Source of the DNA: a bacterium
GTDB taxonomy: Bacteria; Patescibacteriota; Minisyncoccia; Phycocordibacterales; UBA5272
Length of the DNA stretch: 64,000 nucleotides
Direction of reading: 5' to 3'
Assembly (NCBI GenBank): GCA_043771335.1
Contig: JAYVHM010000001.1
Span: 28,773-92,772 of the forward strand
Part shown: one piece after another, positions 47,648 through 57,147 of the stretch
Numbering within the stretch: position 1 is the first letter of the stretch
Layout of the letters: each line of letters opens with the position of its first letter
Translations under genes and position numbers: made by a program
Notes under the pieces: generated by a model
The model's input: only the letters and a program-made list of their open reading frames with translations
The model's database searches: none
Told to the model about the DNA's origin: nothing

Positions 47648-48622
47648 TTAATCTACTTTTGATAACTCTAATATTAGATTATCTCCAAATGATTTTACAG
47701 AACTGTCATCAAAAAGAGTAAGTGTTAGTGGCTTTATTTTTGTGTCTTTTTCAAAAGCTTTTACTTTTTCTTTTAATTCTGATTCACTAATAAGGTCTGT
47801 TTTTGATATAACTACTAGCTCTCTTTTTTTACTCATTTCAGAGTCGAACTTTTCTAATTCATTTCTGATTATTTTATATTCTTTTGCAGGATCTTCTTCG
47901 TTAGCAGATATCAGATGTACGAGTGTATTAGTGCGTCTTATATGTTTTAAGAATTTGATTCCTAGACCCTTGCCATCACTCGCACCCTCAATAAGTCCTG
48001 GTATGTCTGCTAAGATGTAATCATGGTAAACTCCAAGATTAGGCTCGAGTGTTGTGAATGGATAATCTCCAACCTTTGCTCCAGCACGAGTCACGGCATT
48101 CAATAGTGATGACTTTCCAGCATTTGGCTTACCTATTAATCCTACATCAGCTATTAGTCGTAACTCTATATCAAAAGTCGCTGACTCACCTATTTGCCCC
48201 CTTGTAAATTCTTCTGGTGTTCTGTTTGTACTAGTCTTAAAGTTCTCATTACCGAGACCTCCGCGTCCACCTTTTAATATTTTGATTAGTTCCCCATCAT
48301 TGCTGAGGTCGTAAGTAATGTCATAGTCGCGATTATATACGATAGACCCTATCGGCACATTCATTATCAGGTCACCAGCATTAGCACCATGCATGCTTCT
48401 CTTCTCTCCTCTGTCACCTTCTTTGGCTGACCATTCTGGTTTTTGTCTGTATTCACCTAGAGCATACACGTCACGTATCACACGCAAGTATACGTCTCCA
48501 CCTTTTCCACCATCACCACCAGCAGGTCCACCATAAGGTATACCTTTTTCACGTCTCCAACGTACCACTCCATCTCCACCCTTACCGGCGCTTAATTTTA
48601 AAGTTACTTTATCTGTTAACAT
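47648..48622 (-). CDS. obg: GTPase Obg (short form without the C-terminal TGS extension)
   Basis: The Gly-rich Obg fold 'KGGDGVVRWRREKGIPYGGPAGGDGGKGGDVYL' is present, with the G motifs 'GKPNAGKSS' and 'DIPG'. Confidence 0.9.
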   Translation of the reverse strand: MLTDKVTLKLSAGKGGDGVVRWRREKGIPYGGPAGGDGGKGGDVYLRVIRDVYALGEYRQKPEWSAKEGDRGEKRSMHGANAGDLIMNVPIGSIVYNRDYDITYDLSNDGELIKILKGGRGGLGNENFKTSTNRTPEEFTRGQIGESATFDIELRLIADVGLIGKPNAGKSSLLNAVTRAGAKVGDYPFTTLEPNLGVYHDYILADIPGLIEGASDGKGLGIKFLKHIRRTNTLVHLISANEEDPAKEYKIIRNELEKFDSEMSKKRELVVISKTDLISESELKEKVKAFEKDTKIKPLTLTLFDDSSVKSFGDNLILELSKVD

Positions 48623-48765
48623 ATGTGTTTTTGTTTATATTCTAATTTTAATTTTAGAACTTTTATTAACCTTATATTAACATATTTTTTACAAAAAGTC
48701 TAGATAAAATAAAAAAGCAAGATTTCTCTTGCTTTTGTTTTTTGCATTCTTTTAAATTAAAGTTT

Positions 48766-49206
48766 TTATTGCTCTAATTTTATCTGAGGTAAATAACAAA
48801 TGTAATGATGCCAAAAAGGTAAATTACTTTGAAGTATGGGATTATCGCTTTTCATAACTTTTGTCAAGATGTCTAATGGATTAAGTGCAACAAGTGCAGT
48901 GATGTCATCGTTGTAACAAAAATACAAGCCTTCATCATTTATAATAAACACAAACTCTGCCGGTAAATCAGGTATTAGTTCACACAGCTCTACACACTCC
49001 ATTTCTGTTAATGAACGAAAACCTGGTTGTAAGCCTGGTCCATAATTATGCCCAAAAGTGAATAGCAGTACTTCTTTACCTGATTTCAAAGTAACTTTTG
49101 GTGTATTTTTTATCTGCTCTACCGTGCAGAGAGGTGACCCATTTTCATGAGCCGCAAGTTGTGAAAAATACTTTCCAACAACTAAAGGGAGTGAAGTATT
49201 AGACAT
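48766..49206 (-). CDS. Hypothetical protein (146 aa)
   Basis: An ORF with a downstream hairpin and T-run at about 48711..48742. Confidence 0.4.
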   Translation of the reverse strand: MSNTSLPLVVGKYFSQLAAHENGSPLCTVEQIKNTPKVTLKSGKEVLLFTFGHNYGPGLQPGFRSLTEMECVELCELIPDLPAEFVFIINDEGLYFCYNDDITALVALNPLDILTKVMKSDNPILQSNLPFWHHYICYLPQIKLEQ

Positions 49207-49361
49207 TAAAGTTTCTCCTTAAAATTAATAAAATGAACAATTGAAAACTTAATATAACACATAATTTTCTAATTTGCAAAAGAAAGAAAAATATTGTATT
49301 ATTACAAAGCTTTGAAATAAACACTCAAACTAAAATCTTTAATTCAACTAAGGAGTTCAAA

Positions 49362-49820
49362 ATGGTTCAGATAAATGAAGATGTCTCTCAAGAAAAAAAT
49401 AATGTAAAAAAAGTTTTAACAAAAAGATTTAAAATCTTAAACGCTTACGAACAATATTGTGTAGCTCATACAGGCATAGGGTCTGGCGAGAGCGAAATAG
49501 TTTATCTCTATGCTACTAGTCTCAGAAAAATAACTGAACATGTATTACCTACTGTAAAAGACGATTTAGGCGAAATTGCTATATTCAAAAAAGATATTAC
49601 TCAAAAAGTAAGACTGATTGATGTCGCTGATTGTGATTATCGTAAGATATTACACGTAGAAGATTTCCCAAAATCTAATTACGTAGAAGCTGACCTCTCT
49701 TTTCTAAAAGAAAAGTTTTTTCACAAATCATTTCAAATCACAATAATATTACACAAAAGAAAACTTTATTTTCTTGGTCCAAAAATTGACATCAAAAACA
49801 TAAAAACAAGCTGGTTCTAA
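49362..49820 (+). CDS. Hypothetical protein (152 aa)
   Basis: An ORF preceded by 'taaggag' Shine-Dalgarno sequence. Confidence 0.4.
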   Translation: MVQINEDVSQEKNNVKKVLTKRFKILNAYEQYCVAHTGIGSGESEIVYLYATSLRKITEHVLPTVKDDLGEIAIFKKDITQKVRLIDVADCDYRKILHVEDFPKSNYVEADLSFLKEKFFHKSFQITIILHKRKLYFLGPKIDIKNIKTSWF

Positions 49821-49894
49821 AAAATAATAAAAACTAAAATATAAAAAAAGTAGTAATCATTTACTGCTTTTTATTTTTATAATCTTATTCATTA

Positions 49895-51565
49895 TTACTT
49901 CACTCTTTCTAGCACCTTGTCTTTTCCTAATGCTTTAAAAATAAAATACAGATTCGGAGTCTTCTCTCTCTTTGTTACCAGCTTTCTCATTATCATCATA
50001 ATCTCACCGAATTTTATATTCTCAAAACTCACATCCTCTGCTTTTAATTTTGCATACTCTTCTTTCATAAAAACCATCCAGTCTTCAAGTTTTGTATCTT
50101 CTTTGTAATTAATATCATCACTTAGTATTGCTTTTATTTTCTCTAAAATATTTTCATCGCACCCTACTATTGTCTCATCACTTTCAAATAGATGATCAAA
50201 CATATAAAAAATATTATACTTTACACTTGATAAGTTATATATATCTTTTCTAGGATTTTCAGTGTTACGCTCTATGTTCAAAACTTTTTCTAAAAATGGA
50301 ATATCTTTTGATATGATATTATAAAAATCTACATCATTTATCTTAGACCAAGCTAGAACTTTTTCTGAAATCTCCTTAGAAGACATGTTAGATACTATAT
50401 CACTTGAAATATTATTTAATTTTACAAAATCAAGTAATGGCCCACGACTACTTCTCTTCATCTCATCCATATTCAAAACATAATCGTCTATTTTGTGTGC
50501 CTTATCTTTTTTATCTGAAACATTCTCTGTGAACCAGTCATCAAAATTAGGATTAGCTAATCTGTACAAATATGCAGTCACAGCCTCTGACGAGTATCCC
50601 TCGTCATCGTAATAGCTCATACTTGCTTCTGGATCTTTTCTTTTAGATAATTTTCTAACTGTATTTTTTATACTTCCATCTTCTAAAACTTTTTGTTCTG
50701 TTTTATTTATTGGCATTATGTGTCCATATTTTGGACAAGGTAGATTTAAAGCCTTCCAAAGAGAGACATGTTTTGGTAATGATGACCACCACTCTTCTGC
50801 CCTAGTAACAAAAGTTGTCCCAAGAAGATAATCGTCTACCACGTGCGCAAAGTGATAAGTTGGTATACCGTCACTTTTGATCAAAATAAAATCTTCGTCA
50901 TTTTCTGGTATCATATGCTCACCGAGGAACTCATCTACGAATTTATTTTTATTTTCTACATTTCCACTTGCTCTCATACGCAGGGCGAATTTTCCCCCTG
51001 TATCTAATTTGTTTTTTATTTCATCAAAAGATAAGTTTCTACTGGTTGCATATTTACCGTATATGCCAGGACGAACTTTACTCGCTGTTTGCACCTCGCG
51101 CAATGCATCTAATTCTTCTTTTGTTATAAAGCATGGATAAGCATGCCCCATCTTCACCATCTCAAAAGCAAAGGCCTTATACTGCTCTACTCTCTCTGAC
51201 TGAACATAATACTCATTGTATTTTATATTATAATCAGCGAGTGTATCTATTATTATCTGTCTCGCACCCTCCATCTCACGCAGAGAATCTGTATCTTCTA
51301 TACGCAGACAAAAAGTTCCATTAGTCTGCCTTGCAATTTTAGAAGATATGAGAGCCATATAAACCAGGCCAATATGTGGAAATCCTGTTGGCGAAGGGGC
51401 AACACGCAATGTCTCAGATCCAGCACTGAGGCGGCCAGATGCTTTGCGAGTTTCTAGTAGCTTTATACGATCATCTTCAAAATGCTCTCTATTTTTCTCT
51501 ATACCACTTGCAATATTTGGAAATAATAAATCAGCTATTTTTTTGTTTTCATTATTATCTTGCAT
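49895..51565 (-). CDS. gltX: Glutamyl-tRNA synthetase (presumably non-discriminating, given gatB)
   Basis: The HIGH motif 'APSPTGFPHIG' and the KMSKS motif 'RKLSKRK' are present. The protein is 556 aa. Confidence 0.85.
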   Translation of the reverse strand: MQDNNENKKIADLLFPNIASGIEKNREHFEDDRIKLLETRKASGRLSAGSETLRVAPSPTGFPHIGLVYMALISSKIARQTNGTFCLRIEDTDSLREMEGARQIIIDTLADYNIKYNEYYVQSERVEQYKAFAFEMVKMGHAYPCFITKEELDALREVQTASKVRPGIYGKYATSRNLSFDEIKNKLDTGGKFALRMRASGNVENKNKFVDEFLGEHMIPENDEDFILIKSDGIPTYHFAHVVDDYLLGTTFVTRAEEWWSSLPKHVSLWKALNLPCPKYGHIMPINKTEQKVLEDGSIKNTVRKLSKRKDPEASMSYYDDEGYSSEAVTAYLYRLANPNFDDWFTENVSDKKDKAHKIDDYVLNMDEMKRSSRGPLLDFVKLNNISSDIVSNMSSKEISEKVLAWSKINDVDFYNIISKDIPFLEKVLNIERNTENPRKDIYNLSSVKYNIFYMFDHLFESDETIVGCDENILEKIKAILSDDINYKEDTKLEDWMVFMKEEYAKLKAEDVSFENIKFGEIMMIMRKLVTKREKTPNLYFIFKALGKDKVLERVK

Positions 51566-51707
51566 ATTTTTTTATATAAATTAATCTTGCTTTTATTATA
51601 ACAAAAGAAAGACTTATTTAACACTTGCTAAAAGTTATAATATAGTGTATTATGTAATTTCCCATGAAGGTGTGAATGTCTCACACTAATATTAAAGGAG
51701 AAAACTC

Positions 51708-52016
51708 ATGGCCATCTTGAACAAAAAAACAAATAAAGCTTACCGGCCAGCAGAAGGCTATCAGTCTTGGAAAAATGTTCTCCAACTTCTAGGTCTGGAA
51801 GCTGAATCTCTTAAATTCACGAAAGATGGAAAGTTGAAAGAACTTTGTTTGAATACTATTTGGTATGCTATTGAGCAACACCAAAGATTTACTTCATTTT
51901 TACGCAAATTAATGCACAACATGAAAACAAAATCGAAGTACAAACCTCGTCTACCAAAATGGTTTACTATGGAGCCATCTATTATTCATCCGAAAATTCA
52001 TTACATTAAACATTAA
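51708..52016 (+). CDS. Hypothetical basic protein (102 aa)
   Basis: The ORF is preceded by an 'aaaggag' Shine-Dalgarno sequence and a palindrome GTGTGA-ATGTC-TCACAC at 51670..51686. A terminator follows at 52035..52075. Confidence 0.35.
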   Translation: MAILNKKTNKAYRPAEGYQSWKNVLQLLGLEAESLKFTKDGKLKELCLNTIWYAIEQHQRFTSFLRKLMHNMKTKSKYKPRLPKWFTMEPSIIHPKIHYIKH

Positions 52017-52034
52017 GTAATTAGGTAAATCCCA

Positions 52035-52075
52035 ATAGCTTCACAATTTTATTTTGTGAAGCTATTTTTATTTTT
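52035..52075. terminator. Bidirectional intrinsic terminator
   Basis: ATAGCTTCACAA-TTTTATTTT-GTGAAGCTAT followed by TTTTATTTTT. Confidence 0.55.
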
Positions 52076-52085
52076 AATCTTATAT

Positions 52086-53342
52086 TTAAATCTTAAACTT
52101 ATTTATAACTTTTTCTAAAGCAATAAAAAATAAATCAATATCTTCTTCTGTATTATAAAAATAAAATGAAACGCGTGTAAGAGCTGAGACTTCTAAGTTT
52201 TTTATAAGTAGCGCCGCACAGTGATGTCCGCTCCTAACACAAACATTATTATCTGCGAGTATCTGAGCTACGTCATGAGCATGCACATCATCTACAGCAA
52301 AACTTATAATACAAATATTATTCTCGAGATTTTCTTCTGAATAGATTTTTATTTTATCTTTTATATATGTACCGTCTGCAAGCTTATAAGTTTCTTGCTT
52401 TTTATAAAAATATTTTAATAATTCCTGATTATGATTATATATATTATCTAATCCAATCTTTTCTAAATAATCTACAGCAGCAGCAAAACCTATTACAGCA
52501 GGGATATTTTGCGTTCCTGCTTCAAAAGCTTTTATATCACTCCTATAATTACTTTCTAATTCATTAACTTCACCGACCATACCACCACCAACATAAACAG
52601 GTAACATATCGCGACTGTATAATCTCTTTAAAAATAAAATCCCAACTCCTGACGGTCCACACATTTTGTGTGAAGAAAAGTAAGCCGCATCACAATCCAA
52701 ATCTTTCAAGTTTACATTCATGTGCCCCACAGCCACGCTAATATCTAATACAGAAAATGCGTGAACCGCTTTACATTTTGCTATAATATTTTTCACAGAT
52801 TCTTCTTTTAAGACGAGTCCAGTAACATTACTAACTAATTGCATAGAGACTAACAAAGTTTTTTCCGTTATCTCTTTTTCAAAATATTCTAAATTGTTTT
52901 CTGTATTTAAAATCTTAATTGTAAGATTGTTTCTTTTTGCATATTCTTGTAGTGGCAGCAACTCACTATGATGAGTGCTGACACTCACCAATATCTCATT
53001 TTTTGTTTTGTATAAATCTTCGTATTTTGCTAAATGTTTTTCTATTAAGAGTACAAGCTTATTAGAACTGTCAGTTGCCCCTGCAGTGAATATGACTTCG
53101 TCATTTTCTACATTCAAAAATCTTGCAACTTTTTTTCTAGCTCCTTCGTATTTTTGCGTAGATATCTCTTCTATTTTGTACAACCCTCTATCTATATTAC
53201 TTTTATGATTAGTGTAATAATCATTCATAGACTCTATAACTTGATTTGGTATTTGCGAAGTTGAGGCATTATCAAAATAGACAAGCTTTGCGCTATTATT
53301 CTTTTCATAATTTTCAAATATTTTAAAATCTTCTCTATTCAT
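52086..53342 (-). CDS. sufS: Cysteine desulfurase (SufS/NifS-like class V aminotransferase)
   Basis: The PLP-lysine region 'FSSHKMCGPSGVGILF' and the active-site 'GHHCA' cysteine motif are present. The protein is 418 aa. Confidence 0.85.
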   Translation of the reverse strand: MNREDFKIFENYEKNNSAKLVYFDNASTSQIPNQVIESMNDYYTNHKSNIDRGLYKIEEISTQKYEGARKKVARFLNVENDEVIFTAGATDSSNKLVLLIEKHLAKYEDLYKTKNEILVSVSTHHSELLPLQEYAKRNNLTIKILNTENNLEYFEKEITEKTLLVSMQLVSNVTGLVLKEESVKNIIAKCKAVHAFSVLDISVAVGHMNVNLKDLDCDAAYFSSHKMCGPSGVGILFLKRLYSRDMLPVYVGGGMVGEVNELESNYRSDIKAFEAGTQNIPAVIGFAAAVDYLEKIGLDNIYNHNQELLKYFYKKQETYKLADGTYIKDKIKIYSEENLENNICIISFAVDDVHAHDVAQILADNNVCVRSGHHCAALLIKNLEVSALTRVSFYFYNTEEDIDLFFIALEKVINKFKI

Positions 53343-53400
53343 AATTAATCTTACTTGACATTATAACATAAATATTATTTTTAAAAAAGTAACTTTATTA

Positions 53401-53997
53401 TTAACTATTTAAAAAACTTTCTACTATCTCTTTTTCTATATCTTCTTTTTCAAAACCATGTAAAGCGAGATAATTAGCCTTCTCTTCACTAATCTTTGTT
53501 ACAGAGAATGAATGCGAACATTTAAAATCGTCTCCCAGTATGCTAAGTGCCGGCTCAGCATCGACTTCACTATCTTCGCTTAATTTTAAAAACTCTGCTT
53601 TTTGTTTTCCTGTACCACTACCACCTTCACTTTTTATATTAGATCTGTATATGATTTTTGCATTACCCTCCACCACACCTTTTGCTTTTATATTTACTTC
53701 TATATTTTTATTTTTTACTAATACCTCATGATAAATATCGCACACTTCACCCTCATTAGCCTCGTTACCAATTTTCCCTACACATTCTATATTTATTTTT
53801 ATATCCTCACGCACACTAATGCATTTTATGTGCATTAAATCACTTGTTAGGTTATGCTTTATAAAAATATCCCCATCACAATATATTTTATATATTCCAG
53901 ATTCAAATAAAACCACATCCCCCGCAGTAGTCATCACTTTCTCTTCATAATCTTTTAAATTATATTTTGTATTTACTTTTAATCCGTAATTAGTCAT
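53401..53997 (-). CDS. Short SufB/SufD-family protein (SufD-like)
   Basis: The C-terminus 'ANYLALHGFEKEDIEKEIVESFL' parallels the sufB C-terminus 'LFYLTGHGFSREDAYRLVVGGF', which itself matches the SufB C-terminal consensus. The central part is beta-helix-like and the protein is only 198 aa. Confidence 0.5.
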   Translation of the reverse strand: MTNYGLKVNTKYNLKDYEEKVMTTAGDVVLFESGIYKIYCDGDIFIKHNLTSDLMHIKCISVREDIKINIECVGKIGNEANEGEVCDIYHEVLVKNKNIEVNIKAKGVVEGNAKIIYRSNIKSEGGSGTGKQKAEFLKLSEDSEVDAEPALSILGDDFKCSHSFSVTKISEEKANYLALHGFEKEDIEKEIVESFLNS

Positions 53998-54070
53998 ATA
54001 TTAAAAATATTTTTTATATTGTAATTATTATAACACAAATATATACAGACTTGCAAAGATATCCATTTTG

Positions 54071-54109
54071 TTGTATTATGTTTTGGTAAATTGTTCTTTT
54101 AACCAAAAC
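54071..54109 (+). repeat. Conserved upstream element, copy 1 (about 38 bp, shared with 56420..56456)
   Basis: TTGTATTATGTTTTGGTAAATTGTTCTTTTAACCAAAAC. It contains the inverted arms TTTTGGT/ACCAAAA and ends 15 nt before the vWA gene ATG. Confidence 0.5.
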
Positions 54110-54124
54110 AGAAAGTGAGAAAAT

Positions 54125-54949
54125 ATGTCTGACAATGACAAAAAATCAAGTAACCTGCCTGCAATTTTTACTGCTCGTGACGCAAAAGCGAAAACAAGTG
54201 ATGAGCTAGCAATCGTAGCAAAGACTCATGCCCTGGACCCAGTCCTAAAAAAGCATGGTATCACCAGCACTGTAATCGACAAGTTCCGGTCAGTAGCTGA
54301 TGTTAGCGGATCTATGAATGTTTATTTTGATAACGGATTCGTACAAATCGCTACTGAGCTTGTCATTACTCTGTCACATCGCTTATTAAAAAATGAAAAT
54401 GCTGAAGTTGACTGTATTGGCCTTGGTAATGTCGCAAAAAATATTGGTAAGATTACTAAGAATCGGTACGGTTCTGCAGCGGCGCTAATACGCTCTCAAT
54501 TTGAAAATGATGAGCGAGGCACACTATACCTGCCAGCGATCAAAATGGCAGTAGGTAGTGGTGACATATCTGATGTTATTTACATTAGCTTTATTACTGA
54601 TGGCGAGGATGAGGGCAATCGTAATGATTTTATAAATTATGTTAAAAGCATAAAAAATAAAAAAGTTTTTGTGCAGTTCATCGGCCTAGGCAGCGAATAT
54701 GATCCACGCACCGGTGGTACTACAGGAGAGTTTTCCACTTTGATACAGCTGGAAAAAGATTGTGATTATGTAGGATTTTTCTCAATGAAAAATCCGAAAA
54801 CTACAAGCGAAGATGATGTGTATGACAAGATGCTTTACAAATTTGCCACATGGGCAAAGATTAATGGCATCATTGATATTTTCTCGGGAGCACAATCTAG
54901 TACTCCAAAAGTATCAGACCTTCGTCAAAAATATTTAGAATTAGGATAA
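54125..54949 (+). CDS. Cytoplasmic vWA-domain protein (TerF/TerY-like vWA, tentative subfamily)
   Basis: The MIDAS motifs are 'DVSGSMN', 'RGTLYLPAI' and 'FITDGEDEG'. There is no signal peptide. Confidence 0.6.
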   Translation: MSDNDKKSSNLPAIFTARDAKAKTSDELAIVAKTHALDPVLKKHGITSTVIDKFRSVADVSGSMNVYFDNGFVQIATELVITLSHRLLKNENAEVDCIGLGNVAKNIGKITKNRYGSAAALIRSQFENDERGTLYLPAIKMAVGSGDISDVIYISFITDGEDEGNRNDFINYVKSIKNKKVFVQFIGLGSEYDPRTGGTTGEFSTLIQLEKDCDYVGFFSMKNPKTTSEDDVYDKMLYKFATWAKINGIIDIFSGAQSSTPKVSDLRQKYLELG

Positions 54950-54964
54950 ATATTAAATAAATAA

Positions 54965-54990
54965 AACCCCACAAATTAATTTGTGGGGTT
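54965..54990. terminator. Bidirectional intrinsic terminator between convergent genes
   Basis: AACCCCACAAATTAATTTGTGGGGTT with flanking A- and T-runs. Confidence 0.6.
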
Positions 54991-54994
54991 GTTT

Positions 54995-56086
54995 TTATAT
55001 ATTTTGTATCTTTTTTTTGAAAGATTTTACACTACTTAACAGATCATCTGTTCCTGCATAATATGTTGAACTTCCATCGTAAGTTGTAGAAGATCCTAAA
55101 GTAACAAACATCATTTCAATCAGAAGCTCAAGCTTTTCATCTACCTTTGTACCGCTATCATTATTGACTTTTCCAGTCTCTCTTACATTTTCAAGAAGTT
55201 TTTCCAATGCATCAGCATTCAAAGACATCCTGTCATATGGAGATATTTTATCCTCAACTGATTTTAACTTTAAATTCACTTTATTGATTCGGCTTCTAAT
55301 TTCCTCTAATTTCTTAGACTCTTTATCGGCTTCAGCTTTTATGGCTTCCACTTCAGCTTTTTTGTTTGCAACTATTTTTTCAAACATATCCAGCTCAGAA
55401 GCAACATCAGCTTTGAAAGCATCTTCTTTCTTTGTTAATTTAGAAAGGAGTTCAGCTTCTTTTACTTTAACAGATTTTGGCTCGATGGTTTGGACTAAAA
55501 TAGTTTGAAGATAAGCCAAATCTTCTAATGTGCTTTTCTTGTCTAAAAGACTAACTAATTCCTCACTAGTAGATTTTGTTTCTTTCTCTAATTGTTCCGA
55601 GAGTTTTAATTGATCTGCAAAATATGCAGGTAATGTCTCTGGGTTTTTATTAAAAATAATAATCATTAATCTTTCGAACCAATTATGTTTTACATCAATT
55701 ACAATTTTTGTTACATTTGGTTTTTCTAGAAATTCTGAAAAGTTTACTGATGAATATTTCGAAAAAGATTTTTTTAATTTTGACAAATACTTACTATCAA
55801 AGTCAGCAAGTAAATTAGATAAGTCTAAAAATAAATCAGAAGCTTTTTCAGATTCTGTAAAAAACTTTTGCTTTTCACTTTCTACTTCGGTTATTTTATT
55901 TTTAAGATTTTCAACTAACTCAGAAGACTCTCTCTCTGGATTCACCTGACCAGAACAAAGCTCGTGCGCTAGGTCTGTATCTTTTTTAACTAAGGCTCTT
56001 GCAAATCTTAAAGATGTATCACTCACAACATCGTCCAATAACATTCTTAGAACTAATTTTCTCAACTTTTCAATACTTGTGCTCAT
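54995..56086 (-). CDS. All-alpha coiled-coil protein, possibly TelA/KlaA-like (toxic-anion-resistance family), tentative
   Basis: The 363-aa protein is predicted almost entirely helical with heptad-rich stretches. Both its length and its vWA neighbour fit Ter/TelA-type gene neighbourhoods. The family assignment is made from memory of that architecture only. Confidence 0.3.
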   Translation of the reverse strand: MSTSIEKLRKLVLRMLLDDVVSDTSLRFARALVKKDTDLAHELCSGQVNPERESSELVENLKNKITEVESEKQKFFTESEKASDLFLDLSNLLADFDSKYLSKLKKSFSKYSSVNFSEFLEKPNVTKIVIDVKHNWFERLMIIIFNKNPETLPAYFADQLKLSEQLEKETKSTSEELVSLLDKKSTLEDLAYLQTILVQTIEPKSVKVKEAELLSKLTKKEDAFKADVASELDMFEKIVANKKAEVEAIKAEADKESKKLEEIRSRINKVNLKLKSVEDKISPYDRMSLNADALEKLLENVRETGKVNNDSGTKVDEKLELLIEMMFVTLGSSTTYDGSSTYYAGTDDLLSSVKSFKKKIQNI

Positions 56087-56419
56087 TTTTCCGCTCCTTA
56101 ATAGTTTAAAAAGTACAGTGTCATACTACACTATTTATTACTTTTAGTCAAATATTTATTTCAAAAGTTTTTATTTTTCCTGTGTGACCTTTTAACAACT
56201 TAACACTGCTTTTAGTGGTCTCAAAATAATCAGCTAACATTTTTATTATCTATTTACTTGCTTCTCCATCTTTTGGTCTTACGCTCGTATAGACATGTAT
56301 CTCATCGAACATGTCCTTCTCTACTGTATTTCTCTTATTATTGGCATGTGCGGTTATTTTGATAATCATTTTAATATTATAACATGATTTTAGAGCCACT
56401 TGTAATTATCGTGTATTTA

Positions 56420-56456
56420 TTGTATTATTATTTTGTAATTGTTCTTTTAACTAAAT
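56420..56456 (+). repeat. Conserved upstream element, copy 2
   Basis: TTGTATTATTATTTTGTAATTGTTCTTTTAACTAAATA. It matches copy 1 at about 33 of 39 positions and ends 18 nt before the 56475 ATG. Confidence 0.5.
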
Positions 56457-56474
56457 AAAATAGGAGCTAATAGC

Positions 56475-56786
56475 ATGCGCGATAAAAATAGGCATTACCC
56501 AGATCATAAATATCGTCCGCCTGAAAAATATATCTTTCCTGGACCGAAAATAACCATGACTCGCTCTGTAATTGTCTCTCTTGTACTTATTGTTTCTATG
56601 TATTTTGGATTTATTCCAAGAGATATAGCTGTCAATGATCTGGGAGTTCAATTCATTGTAGACACGGCAAAAATATTTTTTTACTTGTCTCTCATATATT
56701 CTTTATATTTATGTTTTTGGATTTTACTTAGCATACTGATAATGCACAAAAACTTGAAACACTTAATGAAATTAGAGGAGAATTAA
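56475..56786 (+). CDS. Small membrane protein (103 aa, two predicted TM helices)
   Basis: The ORF has an 'aggag' Shine-Dalgarno sequence, and hydrophobic segments at residues 30-50 and 70-95. Confidence 0.35.
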   Translation: MRDKNRHYPDHKYRPPEKYIFPGPKITMTRSVIVSLVLIVSMYFGFIPRDIAVNDLGVQFIVDTAKIFFYLSLIYSLYLCFWILLSILIMHKNLKHLMKLEEN

Positions 56787-56787
56787 A

Positions 56788-57147
56788 ATGGGTATTTACC
56801 GACAAAAAGAAGATCTTGAAAATAAAGTTAGCAGAGTTTATGCTCATGTTCTAGAGCAGCTCCGAGCACATTTCCCAACACAGCAAATATTAATCTGCAA
56901 AGTAAATAATCTTGAATTAAAAGAGAGGGTAAAACAAGCTTGTGAACACAGAGAACCTGGAGGATTTTTAACTTTAACAATGGAAGAGCCTTTGAGTTGG
57001 TATATTATTATTAACGATGTCATGTACATAATTAAAATGACAACAGCTGCAGCGCTAAAAAGTTATACAATTAAAATCTTATCTGTTGAGCAATCAACTT
57101 TGAAAGCTGGTACACCTACTCCATTTCCAATTCTACAAGGCGGTTGA
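56788..57147 (+). CDS. Hypothetical protein (119 aa), translationally coupled to the 56475 gene
   Basis: The ORF starts 2 nt after the previous stop. Its 3' end overlaps the sufB 3' end by 32 nt on the opposite strand. Confidence 0.3.
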   Translation: MGIYRQKEDLENKVSRVYAHVLEQLRAHFPTQQILICKVNNLELKERVKQACEHREPGGFLTLTMEEPLSWYIIINDVMYIIKMTTAAALKSYTIKILSVEQSTLKAGTPTPFPILQGG

